Program-made: the position numbers and the translations under genes | Notes under the pieces: model-generated | The model's input: the letters and a program-made list of their open reading frames with translations, nothing else | Database searches by the model: none | What the model was told of the DNA's origin: nothing | DNA from: Octopus vulgaris | Lineage: Eukaryota | Assembly (NCBI GenBank): GCA_951406725.2 | Contig: OX597826.1 | Coordinates: 28,396,001-28,460,000 of the forward strand | Direction: 5' to 3' | DNA length: 64,000 nt | Shown here: piece by piece, positions 42,029 through 55,004 of the stretch | Numbering within the stretch: the first letter of the stretch is position 1 | Layout: the number at the start of each line of letters is the position of its first letter

Positions 42029-42302
42029 CAGTTCAATATTTAAGAGATGAGGAATTACGTACATTACTTACATTTCACACATATTTGTCCTCATCTTGTT
42101 TGTTGTTAACACAACGTTTCAGCTGATATACCCTACAGCCTTCATCAGGTGTCTTGGTGAAATTTCAAACCTGGGTTCTGATTCCTAAGGCATTTTTTGA
42201 TGTTGTTGTTATTATTATTCAGGTCACTGCCTGGAATTGAACTCGGAATGTTGGGTTTAGTATCCCATGCTCTTAACCACTATGCCATATGCCCATGGGC
42301 AT

Positions 42303-42338
<36 letters not shown>

Positions 42339-42480
42339 TCGAAAAATACCCGAGGAATGAGAACTCTGGTTCGAATTTTCACCAAGACACCTGATGAAGG
42401 CTGGCGGGTATATCAGCCAAAACGTTGTTTTAACAACAGACATGATGAGGACAAATATCCGTCAAATGTAAATAATGTAT
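42029..42480. mobile_element. Inverted-arm element with central tRNA-like head and a hammerhead motif in each arm (copy 2)
   Basis: 42060-42205 is the reverse complement of 42334-42480. The core 42219-42305 has minus-strand A box TGGCATAGTGG and B box GAGTTCAATTCC. Flanked by (TAA)n. Confidence 0.85.
42109..42152 (-). ncRNA. Minimal type I hammerhead ribozyme motif
   Basis: acac-CUGAUGA-a-ggcug(uaggguauau)cagcu-GAAA-cg-UU-gugu. Confidence 0.65.
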
Positions 42481-42489
42481 AATAATAAT

Positions 42490-42807
42490 GGTTAAAAATT
42501 TTTCCACAATGGCAACAATTTAGAGGGAGGAGACTTGTCGATTACATTGACACCAATGTTTCACTGGTACTTAATTCATCGAACCCCAAAATGATGAAAG
42601 GCAAAGTTGACCTGGGCAGAATTTGAACATTAAGATAATAATAATAATAATCCTTTCTACTATAGGCACAAGGCCCGAAATTTGTGGCAGGGTGTTAGTC
42701 AATAACATAAACTCTGGAGGAATTTGAACTGCAGAATGTAAAGATGGACAAAGTACCACTAAGCATTTCCTCCAGCTGGTTAACGATTCTGCCAGCTCAA
42801 TGCCTTA
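42490..42807 (-). mobile_element. SINE family B fragments
   Basis: gatgaaaggcaaagttgacctgggcagaatttgaac ... acgattctgccagctca. Confidence 0.7.
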
Positions 42808-42821
42808 ATAATAATAATGAC

Positions 42822-43182
42822 AACAAGAGAGCACAAACCTTCACCAAAGCAACACGAATATCCTCTCAACGATTAGCCAGAGATGATTTTTAAAATGAGA
42901 ATATCTGAAATAAAGTTGACTGCTCTCACAAACGAGAATACTAAAAAATGAACCCGGCTGCTCTCAAAAATTAAGTAAAAAATAACAGGAAAAATAATCC
43001 AGAATCCTTGTCCGGTTCCAGATCAATCCCAAAATCTAATCAGTTCATGCCAGTCATGTGGCCAAACATCCCTAAAAGTTTCATTCAAATCCATCCAGTG
43101 GTTCTTGAGATATCTTGTCTGCGGACAAACAAACAAACACAACTGAAAACAATACCTCCACCTTAGCTAAGGTGGAGGTAAT
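42822..43182 (+). mobile_element. Helentron-associated (HINE/DINE-like) non-autonomous element
   Basis: 5' acaagag...accttcacc subterminal motif, (ACAA)n near the 3' end, and a perfect 28-bp terminal palindrome tacctccaccttagctaaggtggaggta (43153-43180). Confidence 0.6.
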
Positions 43183-43184
43183 AA

Positions 43185-43506
43185 TCCTGCTCAAAAGGTC
43201 CCTGAATAAGGGATGTTTAAAGACGTTGAACAAAACAAGTTTCCAAAGGTGAATTATCCAAACCTCCAAGAATTCCTTTCAACACTCGGCTATGATGCTC
43301 CCCCACTACTTCTGCTCGTGGTCAGAGATGCACATATCATTAGCCACCAAGGGACAGCTCAACTGGTTAAGGTCAAACAACTGACAAGCAAATCTGTGGT
43401 ATTGAGCAGAATATTTGCTGTAGCCCATCTTTTGTACCAAGACAAAATATTGTCCATGATAGCACATTCAATCAGTTAAGATTAGAAGCCATGACAGCCA
43501 CTGCCT
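43185..43506 (-). mobile_element. Repeat family E fragment
   Basis: Homologous to 8105-8435. Confidence 0.7.
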
Positions 43507-44369
43507 ATTATTACTATCATTACTATTATTTGCATTAGTAAAAAAGAGGGCAAACTTGATTGACATCATTTCTTTGAGATGGTGCTCCAGCATGACCACA
43601 GTCAACTAACACTTGTGAGAGTCACCCATAGGCACATTCCAGTTTGTAACCCACAGGAGCTCTGTCCCCTACCACCGCCACACGGGCATCTCAACCCAAC
43701 CATCTCTCTTCCGAGGTTGGTTTCTTTGACTAAACCTTCTCAAGCAGTGCAGCTCCTGCATGGCCACACTCCGATGAGTAAAATAAGTAAATAAATTAAA
43801 AAGAAAAAAAAAGAAGACGAGATGATTATGTGTGAGGTTACTATGAGATGGTGGTGGTGGTGGTGATGCTTTGGTGGGGAAGATGGTGGAGACAGTAAGA
43901 ATAGCTGCAAATCTTTTCACCAGCTGACCGAGAGAATATGATTGTGTGATGTCTTTTTAAAGAAAAGCTGGAGTTTAACTGGTGTTATGTCACACACACA
44001 AATACATACACCCACGCATACATAGGCCTGTGCGTGTGTGTGTTGCAAGATTTGTTGAAGTGCTGCATCATCTGTCTCCTACTACAGCTTGAAAGACTGG
44101 TACAGTGTTCCATTTTTGCAACACTGACCGATTAGCTGACCGAGCGAGAGAGAGAGAGAGAGAGAGAGAGAAATGGAATTATATAATATACATAACTCTG
44201 TTTGTCTCTCTCTCTCTCTCTCTCTAAACACACGCACACACACACACACACATACATATAAAGGGAGATAGTACATAGTAAAAAGAGAGGGAGGTAAATG
44301 TGGGGTTAGTTAATCAGATAAGCAGGTAGGGACATAGAAGAATATATAAGCAGATAGGTGAACAAACAG

Positions 44370-44640
44370 TCAGACAGATAGAGATAGACATAGATAGATA
44401 GATAGACAGACAGATAGATAGACAGAGATAGATATAGATATAGATATAAATATATATACATATATAGATAGATAGACAGACAGACAGGTGATAGAGATAG
44501 ATAGATAGGTAGATAGACAGACAGAGATAGACAAATAGATATAGACAGATAGATAGATACATAGATCGATTGACAGACAGAGATAGACAAATAGATATAG
44601 ACAGACAGATAGATAAACAAATAGATAGATAAATAAATAT
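44370..44640. repeat. (GATA/GACA)n compound microsatellite
   Basis: Seen directly. Confidence 0.9.
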
Positions 44641-44654
44641 GAATATATATACAC

Positions 44655-45052
44655 TCTTTTACTCGTTTCAGTCATTTTGACTGTGGCCATGCTGGAGCAC
44701 CGCCTTTAGTCGAACAAATCAACCCCAGGACTTATTCTTTGTAAGCCTAGTACTTAGTCTATCAGTCTCTTTTTGCCAAACCACTAAGTTATGGGTATGT
44801 AAACATACCAGCATTGGTTGTCAAGCAATATTGGGGGAACAAACATAGATACAAACATACACACACACATACTTATATATACATATATACGATGGGCTTC
44901 TTCCAGTTTCCGTCTACCAAATCCACTTACAAGGCTTTGGTCGGCCCGAGGCTATAGTAGGAGACACTTGCCCAAGGTGCCACACAGTGGGACTGAACCC
45001 GGAACCATGTGGTTGGTAAGCAAGCTCCTTACCACACAGCCACTCCTGCGCC
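44655..45052 (-). mobile_element. SINE family A, full length
   Basis: Reverse complement of the consensus. Confidence 0.85.
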
Positions 45053-45660
45053 TAGATAGAGATAGATAGATAGATAAAAAGATAGATATATAGATAGAAA
45101 AATAGATGGATGGATAAATAGATAGATAAATATATAGCTAGATATAGATAGATAGGTAAAACTGTTAAAGAGATTGATAGATGGGCAGATGAATATCAGG
45201 GTGATGGATAGGTAGATAACCATATACATACATAACCATATATATATGTATGTATATACTGAGATAAATACATGGATATATAAAGATATACAGATGAGTA
45301 GGCAAATTATATTGGCAGACAAAAGCAGGTACATGAATATATAGAAAACTAAATGGATAGCTACTGATTTACAAGAATGAGTGAGGAAAACACCTCATCA
45401 AAAACAGATTTTTTTAAAACAATTAATGAACAAATTAATCCAATGAAATTATGTATGCTGTTACTGTTGCTGTATCCAACATGCAGATTATCAAACGAAT
45501 AACCATTTATCATATATTCAAACAAAAGAAGAAGATTAGACTACTTCTGATAATTTCCTGATACAGGTAGATTGGGGTTTCTGGAATTTTTGGTGCCAAA
45601 GCCTTCCTGGGTTACTGATTTTTCTGAATCAGGGTGGCCCCCTTGGTCAATAGACTTTAA

Positions 45661-45863
45661 CCCTTTAGCACTCAGATTACTGTCAAATGTAATGCTTATT
45701 TATTCACATAGGCATTATTTCATAGTTTTAGGGTTTTGATGCTGTGGCTTTTTATTTATAAAATGACATTGTAGGGTAAGTGTGAGAGTAGGATCTACTT
45801 GGTTTGAAAAGAAAGCAAACAGAATATTTTGGCTGGATATGGCCGGTTTAAAAAGCTAAACGA
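45661..45863. mobile_element. piggyBac-like MITE
   Basis: TTAA on both sides (45657-45660, 45864-45867); ends ccctttagc / gctaaacga. Confidence 0.55.
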
Positions 45864-45869
45864 TTAAAT

Positions 45870-46240
45870 TTTCTACAATAGGCACAAGGCGCAAAATTTT
45901 GGGGAGTGTCCCAGTCGATTAGATCAACCCCAGTACACAACTGGTACTTAATTTATCGATCCCTGAAAGGATGAAAAGCAAAGTTGACTTCAGCAGGATT
46001 TGAACTCAGAGCGCAAACACAGATGAAATACCACTAAGCATTTTGCCCAGCGTGCTAACATTTCTGCCAGCTTGCCACCTTAAACTGAATATTAAATTTA
46101 CTGGGGTGGCTGTGTGGTACAGAGGTTTGCTTCCTGACCACATAGTTTTGGGGTTCAGCCCACAGTGTGGCTGCTTGGGAAAGTGTCTCCTATTATATAT
46201 AGCCTTGGGCTAACCAAAACTTTGGATTTGGTAAACAAGC
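45870..46240. mobile_element. SINE B (minus, 45870-46082) head-to-head with a 5' part of SINE A (plus, 46103-46240)
   Basis: Similarity to the other copies. Confidence 0.75.
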
Positions 46241-46874
46241 TCATATGTATATCACCTATGCTACTATGGAAGGTGGATGTTAAACAATGATTTTATATAT
46301 ATATATATATATATAATGTATCGTTGCTATTATGATAAACTTTTGTATGTCCAAATTTAGCCAAATGTGTTTTTTCAATATTTATTTTTGCTTGCAAATA
46401 GCCAGTTCTTTTTGGTCAAAATTATCGTATCTCCAGCTGCTTCAGATGCAAAGATACAAAAAAAAAAATGATCAAAGTGTAGTACAAAGGTTTTTCTATG
46501 GAATGGTGAAACTATTTTGGGATTTTCTGAAAAAGCAACATTTTAGACTTACAACACTTTTGCATAATAGCAACAATATATATATATATATATATTTATA
46601 TGTATAATTTTCAAGAGTCAAGAGTATCAGGTACTCAAATAGTAAACCACAAAAGTCAGCTCGGTAATGGGATTATCATGTACAAACAATATTTAAGGAC
46701 AAATATGTACTAAAGTGAACGCAGATTTGTACTCTGGTTATGCATACATTTGCAAATGGCTGACTGAATACACAATGGGTTATCGAGGTCACATATAGAT
46801 ACACTCACTGCACTTATTGCCCCACTCCTGCAATTCATTTGGATTTAGAGAGTGTATATATATATATATATATG

Positions 46875-47040
46875 TACCGTTGGCGATTTTATTTCCTCCG
46901 TCTTCCCTTCTCTTCTGACGAAGAGCTCCGCTCGAAACATTAAACCCTCTTTCTTTCCTGGGCGTCCAATAATACTATATTTGTTCCACGTCCTCGCGTT
47001 GTGTTTTCTGTTTGTGTTTTCATGTTTGGATTAACTTTAT
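46875..47040 (+). mobile_element. Short TA-embedded repeat with hammerhead core (46911-46945)
   Basis: CUGACGA-a-gagc(ucc)gcuc-GAAA-cau-UA-aacc; stem I reduced to 2 bp; TA tracts on both sides. Confidence 0.55.
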
Positions 47041-47049
47041 ATATATATA

Positions 47050-47770
47050 GGAGCACTCCATCAGTTGCAACGAGGGTCTCAGCTGATACGATCAACAGAA
47101 CAGCTTTGCTCGTGAAATTAACGTTGCAAGTGGCTGACCACTCCACAAACACGTGTACCCTTAACGTAGTTCTCGGGGAGATTCAGCGTGACACAGAGTG
47201 TTACAAGGCTGGCCCTTTGAAATACAGGTACTACTCATTTTTGCCAGCTAAGTGGACTGGAGCAACGTGAAATAAAGTGTCTTGCTCAAGGTCACAACGC
47301 ACCGTCGGGAATTGAACTCACGACCTTATGAGCCGATTTTGTTTGTGTGTGTGTCTTTGTGCTTGCCTCGCCTCCACTGTTTGACAACCAGTGTTGGTAT
47401 ATTTACATCCCTGTAACTTAGCCGTTCAGCAAAAGAGACCGATAGAGTATGCACTAAGCTTACGAAGAATAAGTCCTGGGTTGATTTCTTTGATTAAAAA
47501 AAAAAAATCCTTTTAAGGCGGTGCCCCAGCATGACCACAGCCAACTAAAAGAATAAAAGAATATATCATACATACACACATAAACATGTGCATGCTTGCA
47601 TTAGTCCCACCATGGTCACCACTTAACAACCGGTCTTGGTTTGTTGACATTCTCGTAACTTAGCAGTTTGGAAAAAGGAAACCAACAGAATGAATACTGA
47701 GGTAGATTTGCTCATGACAAAGTGATGCCCCAGCATGGCCACAGTTCAATGACTGAAACAAGTAAAAGAT
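47050..47770. mobile_element. SINE D-related copy (minus, 47050-47330) followed by two SINE A tails (plus)
   Basis: Similarity to 3405-3540, 32421-32560 and the family A tail. Confidence 0.7.
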
Positions 47771-48374
47771 CTAATATAGGTATTTATATATTAGTCCAAA
47801 CTGTACAAGATTATTAATACTGTACGTGCAAGATACCAGTTAACTAATCTGGTGGCTGCTGGAATTTGAAATTCTTGCTTAAGAATTACTACAGATTATA
47901 AGAGGTTCTGGACTGTTAGTGCCAGGAAAGTTGGTGCTGTAGCCATATATTTAATCAGATCAGACAAGAATTCATTCTGGTATATATATTTTTTGGCACC
48001 AAGAGGATTTGAACTCAGAACGTGTATGGATATAACTAAATATCACAAAGAATTGTTTGACCAACTATGTATCAATTAATCTAAGTTCTAATTATTCTGC
48101 TGCTATATTGATCATTATGGATTCAAAGTTACACTATGGCAGATTTAGAATATATGTATCAACAAATATTGAAAAAATGTGTGTGGACATATACATTTAA
48201 TATAATACACACATAATGCATATATAGCTATAATTACAAATATGTAAACACACACACGCTTACATATATACGTTACATATACACACACATATAAGACTTC
48301 CTGCCATACATACAGAGTAAAATGAGAGATGAGAAGAGGCGTAAACGAGAAAAAAAAAAAAGACTTCGGATAAT

Positions 48375-48725
48375 GACATTGACGGCAGAAGACAATGACG
48401 TCGACAACAAATGACGATGACGTCGACAGCAGATGACGATGATGACAACGGCAAAAGACGATGACGACATCAGCACTAGACGATGTCGACAACGGCAGCA
48501 GACGATGCCAAACTAGGAAACGACGACAATGGATGACGAACTAAGCGAGCTAAAACAAGATGACGACCGATGACAGCAGACGATAACGACAACGAATGAT
48601 AGATATTTATAAATGAAAATTATATGGAAGGTGAGAGCTGACAAATGAAGTAGACTATAAACAAAACGACAACCACGGATAATGACGGACAATCACGGAC
48701 GGTGACGACGACATCGCAGACAACA
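48375..48725. repeat. Degenerate (GAC/GAT)n tract
   Basis: Seen directly. Confidence 0.7.
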
Positions 48726-50514
48726 GATAAACAGGCAGGCAGGTTATAAGGTAAAAGGGTTTGATAAAAATGATAAATAAGTAGCTTTTTTTTTTCAAAA
48801 AAATAATAATAATAATTATAAATAAAGGTGAGGTAAGGCTGACAAGGCAGGCAGCAATGGCGGCCTAATTCATTCATAGAAACAGTGGAGTCTTGACATA
48901 TTTACCTTAGAGTAAAGAAATAGCCCTTATCATTTTAGACAAGGCTAAGAAGAAAGAAGAAGTCGATGGACCAAGCTGGGATTGGGGGACGGTCGGGTAA
49001 CGGAAACCATGTCCTAAAAAATAGAGAAATCCCAATCAACCTTGAGGGAAAAACGTTATAAATTAGGAGAAACGGGCGATGGTGGTGGGGAGACGGTCGT
49101 AAGGGGTCAGTTGTGGAGATTTCGGAATGGATGATACTAGAGGGAGTAATCGGGGAAATATGAGGGAAAGGAAACACGGGACGGAAAGAGAAAGAAAAAA
49201 AAAACGAGCACTAAGAAAATATATATATAGAGAGAGAGGGGGTGATTAAGAGAGAGTGAGAGGAGCAGTAAGAGTTATTGAGAGAAAGAGAGAGGTAGGG
49301 GGGTCAATGAAGAGAGGGAATGTGGAAAGAAAGACGAGAAGGCTTTATCTGACTCTAGATAAGTTATACAAAGTTGTCGTATATGGAATTTTGAAATTGA
49401 ATGCACACACAAACACGTACGCGTACACACATATATATGTATGTATGTGCATCTTTCTGAATTTATATATACACATATATATATATATCATACACACACT
49501 CACATGTATACGTAAATATAGTACACACGTATGTATACATAAGTATCGTATGCAAATATGTATGTACGAATATATATATATATACACACACACGAATAGA
49601 TTATAAATATAGATATTTGTATATACATATATAATTATGTTTATGTTTGTGAGTATGTCTGGATATATGCGCTTGTGAATGATGCAACAACCTCAAATGA
49701 CTAAGACCATTTATACACAATACATTTGGCTGGAAAGTAAAACTTTATAAATACAGACCAACTGACGATGCCACACAAGTTTTGAAACTTGTTGGTCGAT
49801 GTTTATTTTTCAGAAGAAATCGGCAACTTTGGCCCCACAGATTGCACGTACACAGAGAAAAATTTACACAAGAATATCAAGGGGGTTCTAGAGCAAATTC
49901 AATCGATTGGTCACTTTCTACCAAAATCTGTGACGTCACGGCTTTAGTCGTTACCATCGATGCTGTTACTATTTGACGGGTGCTTTATTTTATCAATTTC
50001 GAGAGGATGAAAGGCAAGGTTGACCGCGAACGATGAAAATCAAGAAGAAATACCGCAGGTTATTTGGTCTATTTAGTGATTCGAAAAAGTAACCTCGAGG
50101 AAATTAGTTGCAGAAGCGATTAAGCACCAGTGGGTATGAAAGGTCAATATGATCAGCTAAGCCCTTGATAGCGGTGTTCCAGCATGGCTGCAATCCAAAG
50201 ACTGAATCCGGTACGGCAGATGCATTTCCCAGTTGTGAGCGTAGATATTACAGACATATTTATAATGTGCATACATATATACATATTTTCTAAGAACATT
50301 AAGAAACATAGGACTGGAATGAACAGCGATTGTAAAATGTCCAGAGAGGCCCTTCACTCAGCCAATAAGTTTATTTCTAAAGCTATATATATATACACAC
50401 ACACACAAACACACAAGTAGTATGCATTTTAAAAAATTAAATTCAAATACTTATTCGTCAAATTGGATTATATCAAATCATATAATTACATATACAATCG
50501 CAATTTTTTTCCAG

Positions 50515-50567
50515 TCACAGCTGTCTGACGAGCGTAAACGTGAAACTCTGCGTAACAGTTTTTGTGA
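50515..50567 (+). ncRNA. Type I hammerhead ribozyme motif
   Basis: ucacag-cugu-CUGACGA-gcg(uaaa)cgu-GAAA-c(ucugc)g-UA-acag-uuuuu-guga; all core nucleotides intact, GUA triplet. Confidence 0.7.
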
Positions 50568-50615
50568 TGTTTTTACAGCTTTAATACAAAAGTATACTAT
50601 ATACATATACACACG

Positions 50616-50652
<37 letters not shown>

Positions 50653-50680
50653 CGCTAGGTCTAGGTCTTTATTTACTATA

Positions 50681-51458
50681 CTCTTTTACTCGTTTCAGTC
50701 ATTTGACTGCAGCCATGCTGGAGCACCGCGTTTAGTCGAGGAAATAGACCCCAGGACTTATTCTTTGTAAGCCTAGTACTTGTCCTATCGGTCTCTTTTG
50801 CCGAACCTCTAGATGACGGGGCCGTAAACACATCAGCATCGGTTGCCAAGCGATGTTGGGGGGGGGGGGGGTCAAACACAGACACAAATATATATATATA
50901 TATATATATGAGGGTCTAATAAATTGTATTTAAAACGAACCTCTGCCGATGATTTATAGATGTCTATGTAAGTAAAATTACATATTACATTAGTAATGAA
51001 ACAATTGTTCAGGGTAAATCTATTTTTTCGTTATATTTCACTTTCCTTTCGTTAAATGTAATGTTATTTCTCCTTGGAAACATCTTTTCTGTGGCTATAC
51101 TAGGAACGGAGCTATTTTTAGCACTAGAGCTATCCACATAGTGGTAACTCTCTCATAATTTATGTATAAATTTGTATTATCTCCCTAGTTTTATGTGCTA
51201 AGCCACTTGGTGTTAAATTGATGGTGTTATTAAATTAATATCTAATTTTTCATCCTCATTTATAAATTTATATGTATATATATATATACATATACTTATA
51301 TACGACGGGCTTCTTTCAGTTTCCGTCTACCAAATCCACTCACAAGGCTTTGGTTGGCCCGAGGCTATAGTAGAAGACATATAGAAGGTGCCACGCGGTG
51401 AAATTGAATCAGGAACCATGTGGTTGGTAAGCATGCTACTTACCACACAGCCACTCCT
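50681..51458 (-). mobile_element. SINE family A split by a ~370-bp insertion in its internal TA tract
   Basis: Tail at 50681-50885, head/core at 51301-51458, unrelated AT-rich insert ~50908-51275. Confidence 0.8.
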
Positions 51459-51942
51459 ATTTCAATATAATGAAGATGGGTTTATGAACGAAAGAAGTGT
51501 CCACTGATTTCAGAGCACAGTCGTTAAAATTACGTTAAACTTCAATTCTATGGCTACTTTATTGCAACAAATAAAACAATATGATATTGGATGAAGCTGA
51601 TAACTGGCTACGATGAAGAATGAGAGCTTTATATGAGAAGAATGCAAGAAGCAAACAATATCACTAATATGTTAAAACCTCTACAGCTGTTCCAACAACC
51701 ATAAATATATACAATTATATAATTGTTAATAAGAGTAATAATATCAATAATCATCGATAACAGTTATTATATAACAATTAAGAATCGTTAGTGTATAATT
51801 AATAATAGTTAACAATCGTTATAATAAGAATAATTTTGGCACAAGACCAGCAATTACGAGGGAGAGGAAGTCGATTACATTGACCCCTGTACTCAACTGG
51901 TATTTATATATACACATTCCCACACACACACACAAACATATA

Positions 51943-52160
51943 GGAGCGGGTGCTGAAAAGTTCCTGGTTTTGGGTAAAAGAAAGTACAAGAGAATCAGTT
52001 AATTATGATTTCATTCCACATATTCTCCTCTCAGATGGACGCACTTCTTGCAGCGGTCCTTCATATTTTCTAAGCCCAGTAAAAGAACTCGGAATGTTGG
52101 GCCTCCAGCCAGGCGTTTCGCGACACCCTTAAAGTCAGGAACTTTCCAGCCACCCCCTCG
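51943..52160 (+). mobile_element. Tc1/mariner-type MITE
   Basis: Same family as 4914-5126. Confidence 0.75.
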
Positions 52161-53494
52161 CACATAAGTCTTGGTTATCCAGCAAGTGCGAAACTCAGAG
52201 CAGACTGCTGACATTGGATGTAATGGAGATGCACATCCGCTTCAACCAACGCAATGAACACGATCCATGATGTTTCAACTACGCAAAATATATTTTAATA
52301 TACTTAATAACTTTTACATTATGATGTGTGCGTGCGTGCACATATACATACATACATTTATATATATATACATACGCCCGGATACAAACGCGGAAGTGGT
52401 GTTCAAATGTATAATTGACAGTGACGTTTGAAACAATACATCGTATTATACAAACACACCAATAAGTGTGCGTGTGCGAATGTATATATTTACGTGTCAG
52501 TATATACATACATAAGCACGTCCGCGTATATAAAAATGTGTATATATGAACGCGTATGTGTGTGTTATTGTATACATAAAACAAACATACATACACACTG
52601 ATTGACTGTTCTATATTGTTGTTAACACACGTACATTTTTACTCACACCCGCCCCAGTTTGTCTTTTACTCTCGTGACAATTATACACCACCAATCAACA
52701 AGACAACTTTTTCTAAATGTCAACCAATCGTAATTAAGAATTCCTCAAACTAATCCAGCCGACCAATTATCTCTCCCCACACCCTCCATTCCACCACACA
52801 TGCAAGTTTGAATGTAATCCTACCTTCACACAATATATTCACTCTAACTACGCATCCTTTTTTGCTTTTATAAATATATAAATATAGAAAAACACACGAC
52901 TGTTCCCAACCCCGGTTGCGTCATTTCTGAAGATGGTCATACGCGCGTTCAAAAGCTGAATCAAGTGAAGCCATCTTTTCCCAGTGTAGTCAGCATCAGA
53001 ACAATGTAAGAATGCACTTGGTGGAGAATATGAATAATTCCAATATCAAGATTTGTTTTGATGGCTTTTTCAACAGGCACAGTGTGCCCAGCCACGCGTC
53101 GACTTATATTTTGAGAGAAATTGGCAAGATGGGAAACTATACAGAATCCAGTTCGACAGCTAGGAACCGTAATTCAAGAACACAGCCTTTCACACATGCA
53201 GCGTCACGCTTATTGTGTCCGAGAGATATGTTAATGATACACGAGTCTGTGGATTATTACTCAGCCGCTCATACGCTAACTCAATGAGAGTAACTGAATG
53301 ATCACCGTGGGAACCGACGGAGATCCAGCCATCCAGGGGTTTTCCATACTTGACACAATTAACAAATGCTGTACCCGATTCCCCTCCATTGCTAGCACTT
53401 ACACGGGTATCCAAATGCAGTGAAATTCTGATTAACTCAAAAACCAGTGTCGAGCATAAATTCCACCCGCATCAAATTTTCGTTTTATCCTTTC

Positions 53495-53805
53495 ATGGTC
53501 GACTTTGCCCCTCATCCTTTCGGGGTCGATTAAATAAGTACCAGTTACGCACTGGGGTCGATATAATCGACTTAATCCGTTTGTCCTCTCTGTGTTTAGC
53601 CCCTAGTGGGTAGTAAAGAAATAGGTATTTCGTCGGTCTTCACGTTTTGAGTTCAAACTCCACCGTGGTTGACTTGGCCTTTCATCCTTTCGGAGTCGAT
53701 AAATTAAGTACCAGTCAAGTACTGGGGATCGATGTGATCAACTAACCCTACCCCCCATCCCCCCCAAAAAAAATTTCAGGCCTTGTGCCTATAGTAGAAA
53801 GGATT
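53495..53805 (+). mobile_element. SINE family B dimer-like unit
   Basis: Same internal junction as 5354-5760. Confidence 0.8.
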
Positions 53806-54321
53806 ATTATTATTATTATTGGCGGAATTTTCTGGAATTTTTTTTTTTTTTTGCTATTGTTACATCTTTGGTTGTTTTTTGTTAACGCTTTGTTTATTTG
53901 CTTCTATTTTTCATAGTGAATTGCCGTCAATGTCTTGGGCCGTTGAGGCCAATAAAGAAACGATTATTATTTTTATTATTATTCAGCTTAAGTCGATCTC
54001 ATCAGACTAATTGCTAAGACAAAAACAAATAAACAAAAGGAAAGTGAAAACAGAAAATAAATAAAATAAAATAACGATTGATAAAAACGTGCGGAATAAC
54101 AATAGTTTCTACATCTCGATGTTTTGTGGTCTGGTCTTGTAACGTTCCTAGATGCTGTCTAGCGGACATACGTACGGACACATGCATACATACATACATA
54201 CATACATACATACATACATTACATACATACATGTGACATATATATGCGTGTATTTATGAATATATAAACAAATTGAAGACTGCCACGAGTGGGTTCTGTA
54301 GTGTGTATATATATATGCTTG

Positions 54322-54371
<50 letters not shown>

Positions 54372-55004
54372 CACATAGACACTCACAGACATATATATAT
54401 ATACACACAGACACACATACGTATACATGAAGATACGCACATACATACAGACATATATACATATGTATATATGTGTACATATATGTATATGTTTCATATA
54501 CATATAGGCATATACACACACAAACATATATATATAGACATACACATACGCATATATTTTTGGTTTGTGATGTTAATTAGAAAAATAGCATCTAATTATC
54601 GCGTGAGTTTGGTTTTCCAATATAAAAACTGAACGCTGTCCAACTTATAGCACATCCTACCACCACTACTACTGCTACTAGTAGTAGTAGTGGTAACTAT
54701 TTGGAAATAGTAATACACTCAGAGGGGGTGGGTTGAGTATAGGATTAATTATAATGGATGAAAAGGTACCAAGAATGGTACTTCAATGTATTATTGCAGT
54801 TTAAGATAGGGGATTACAGTATGGGTGATGGTGGCGTGGTGTTTACTTACCATTGTTACCATATGTGTACAACAAAAGTACAAGTGTGTGATAGGGGCGA
54901 GGTGATGGACCTTAACCCCATTGAAAGGTGAAACCTGCAATAACGTCGTTGTCCAGAAGTATTTTATTTGGGCCCCTAATAGCTGATGTTGCTTAATTGT
55001 CATA

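Noticed and set aside
53306-53313. Isolated CSL/Su(H) site CGTGGGAA and other single matches
   Set aside because: Several matches are expected by chance in 64 kb; no head-to-head paired arrangement.
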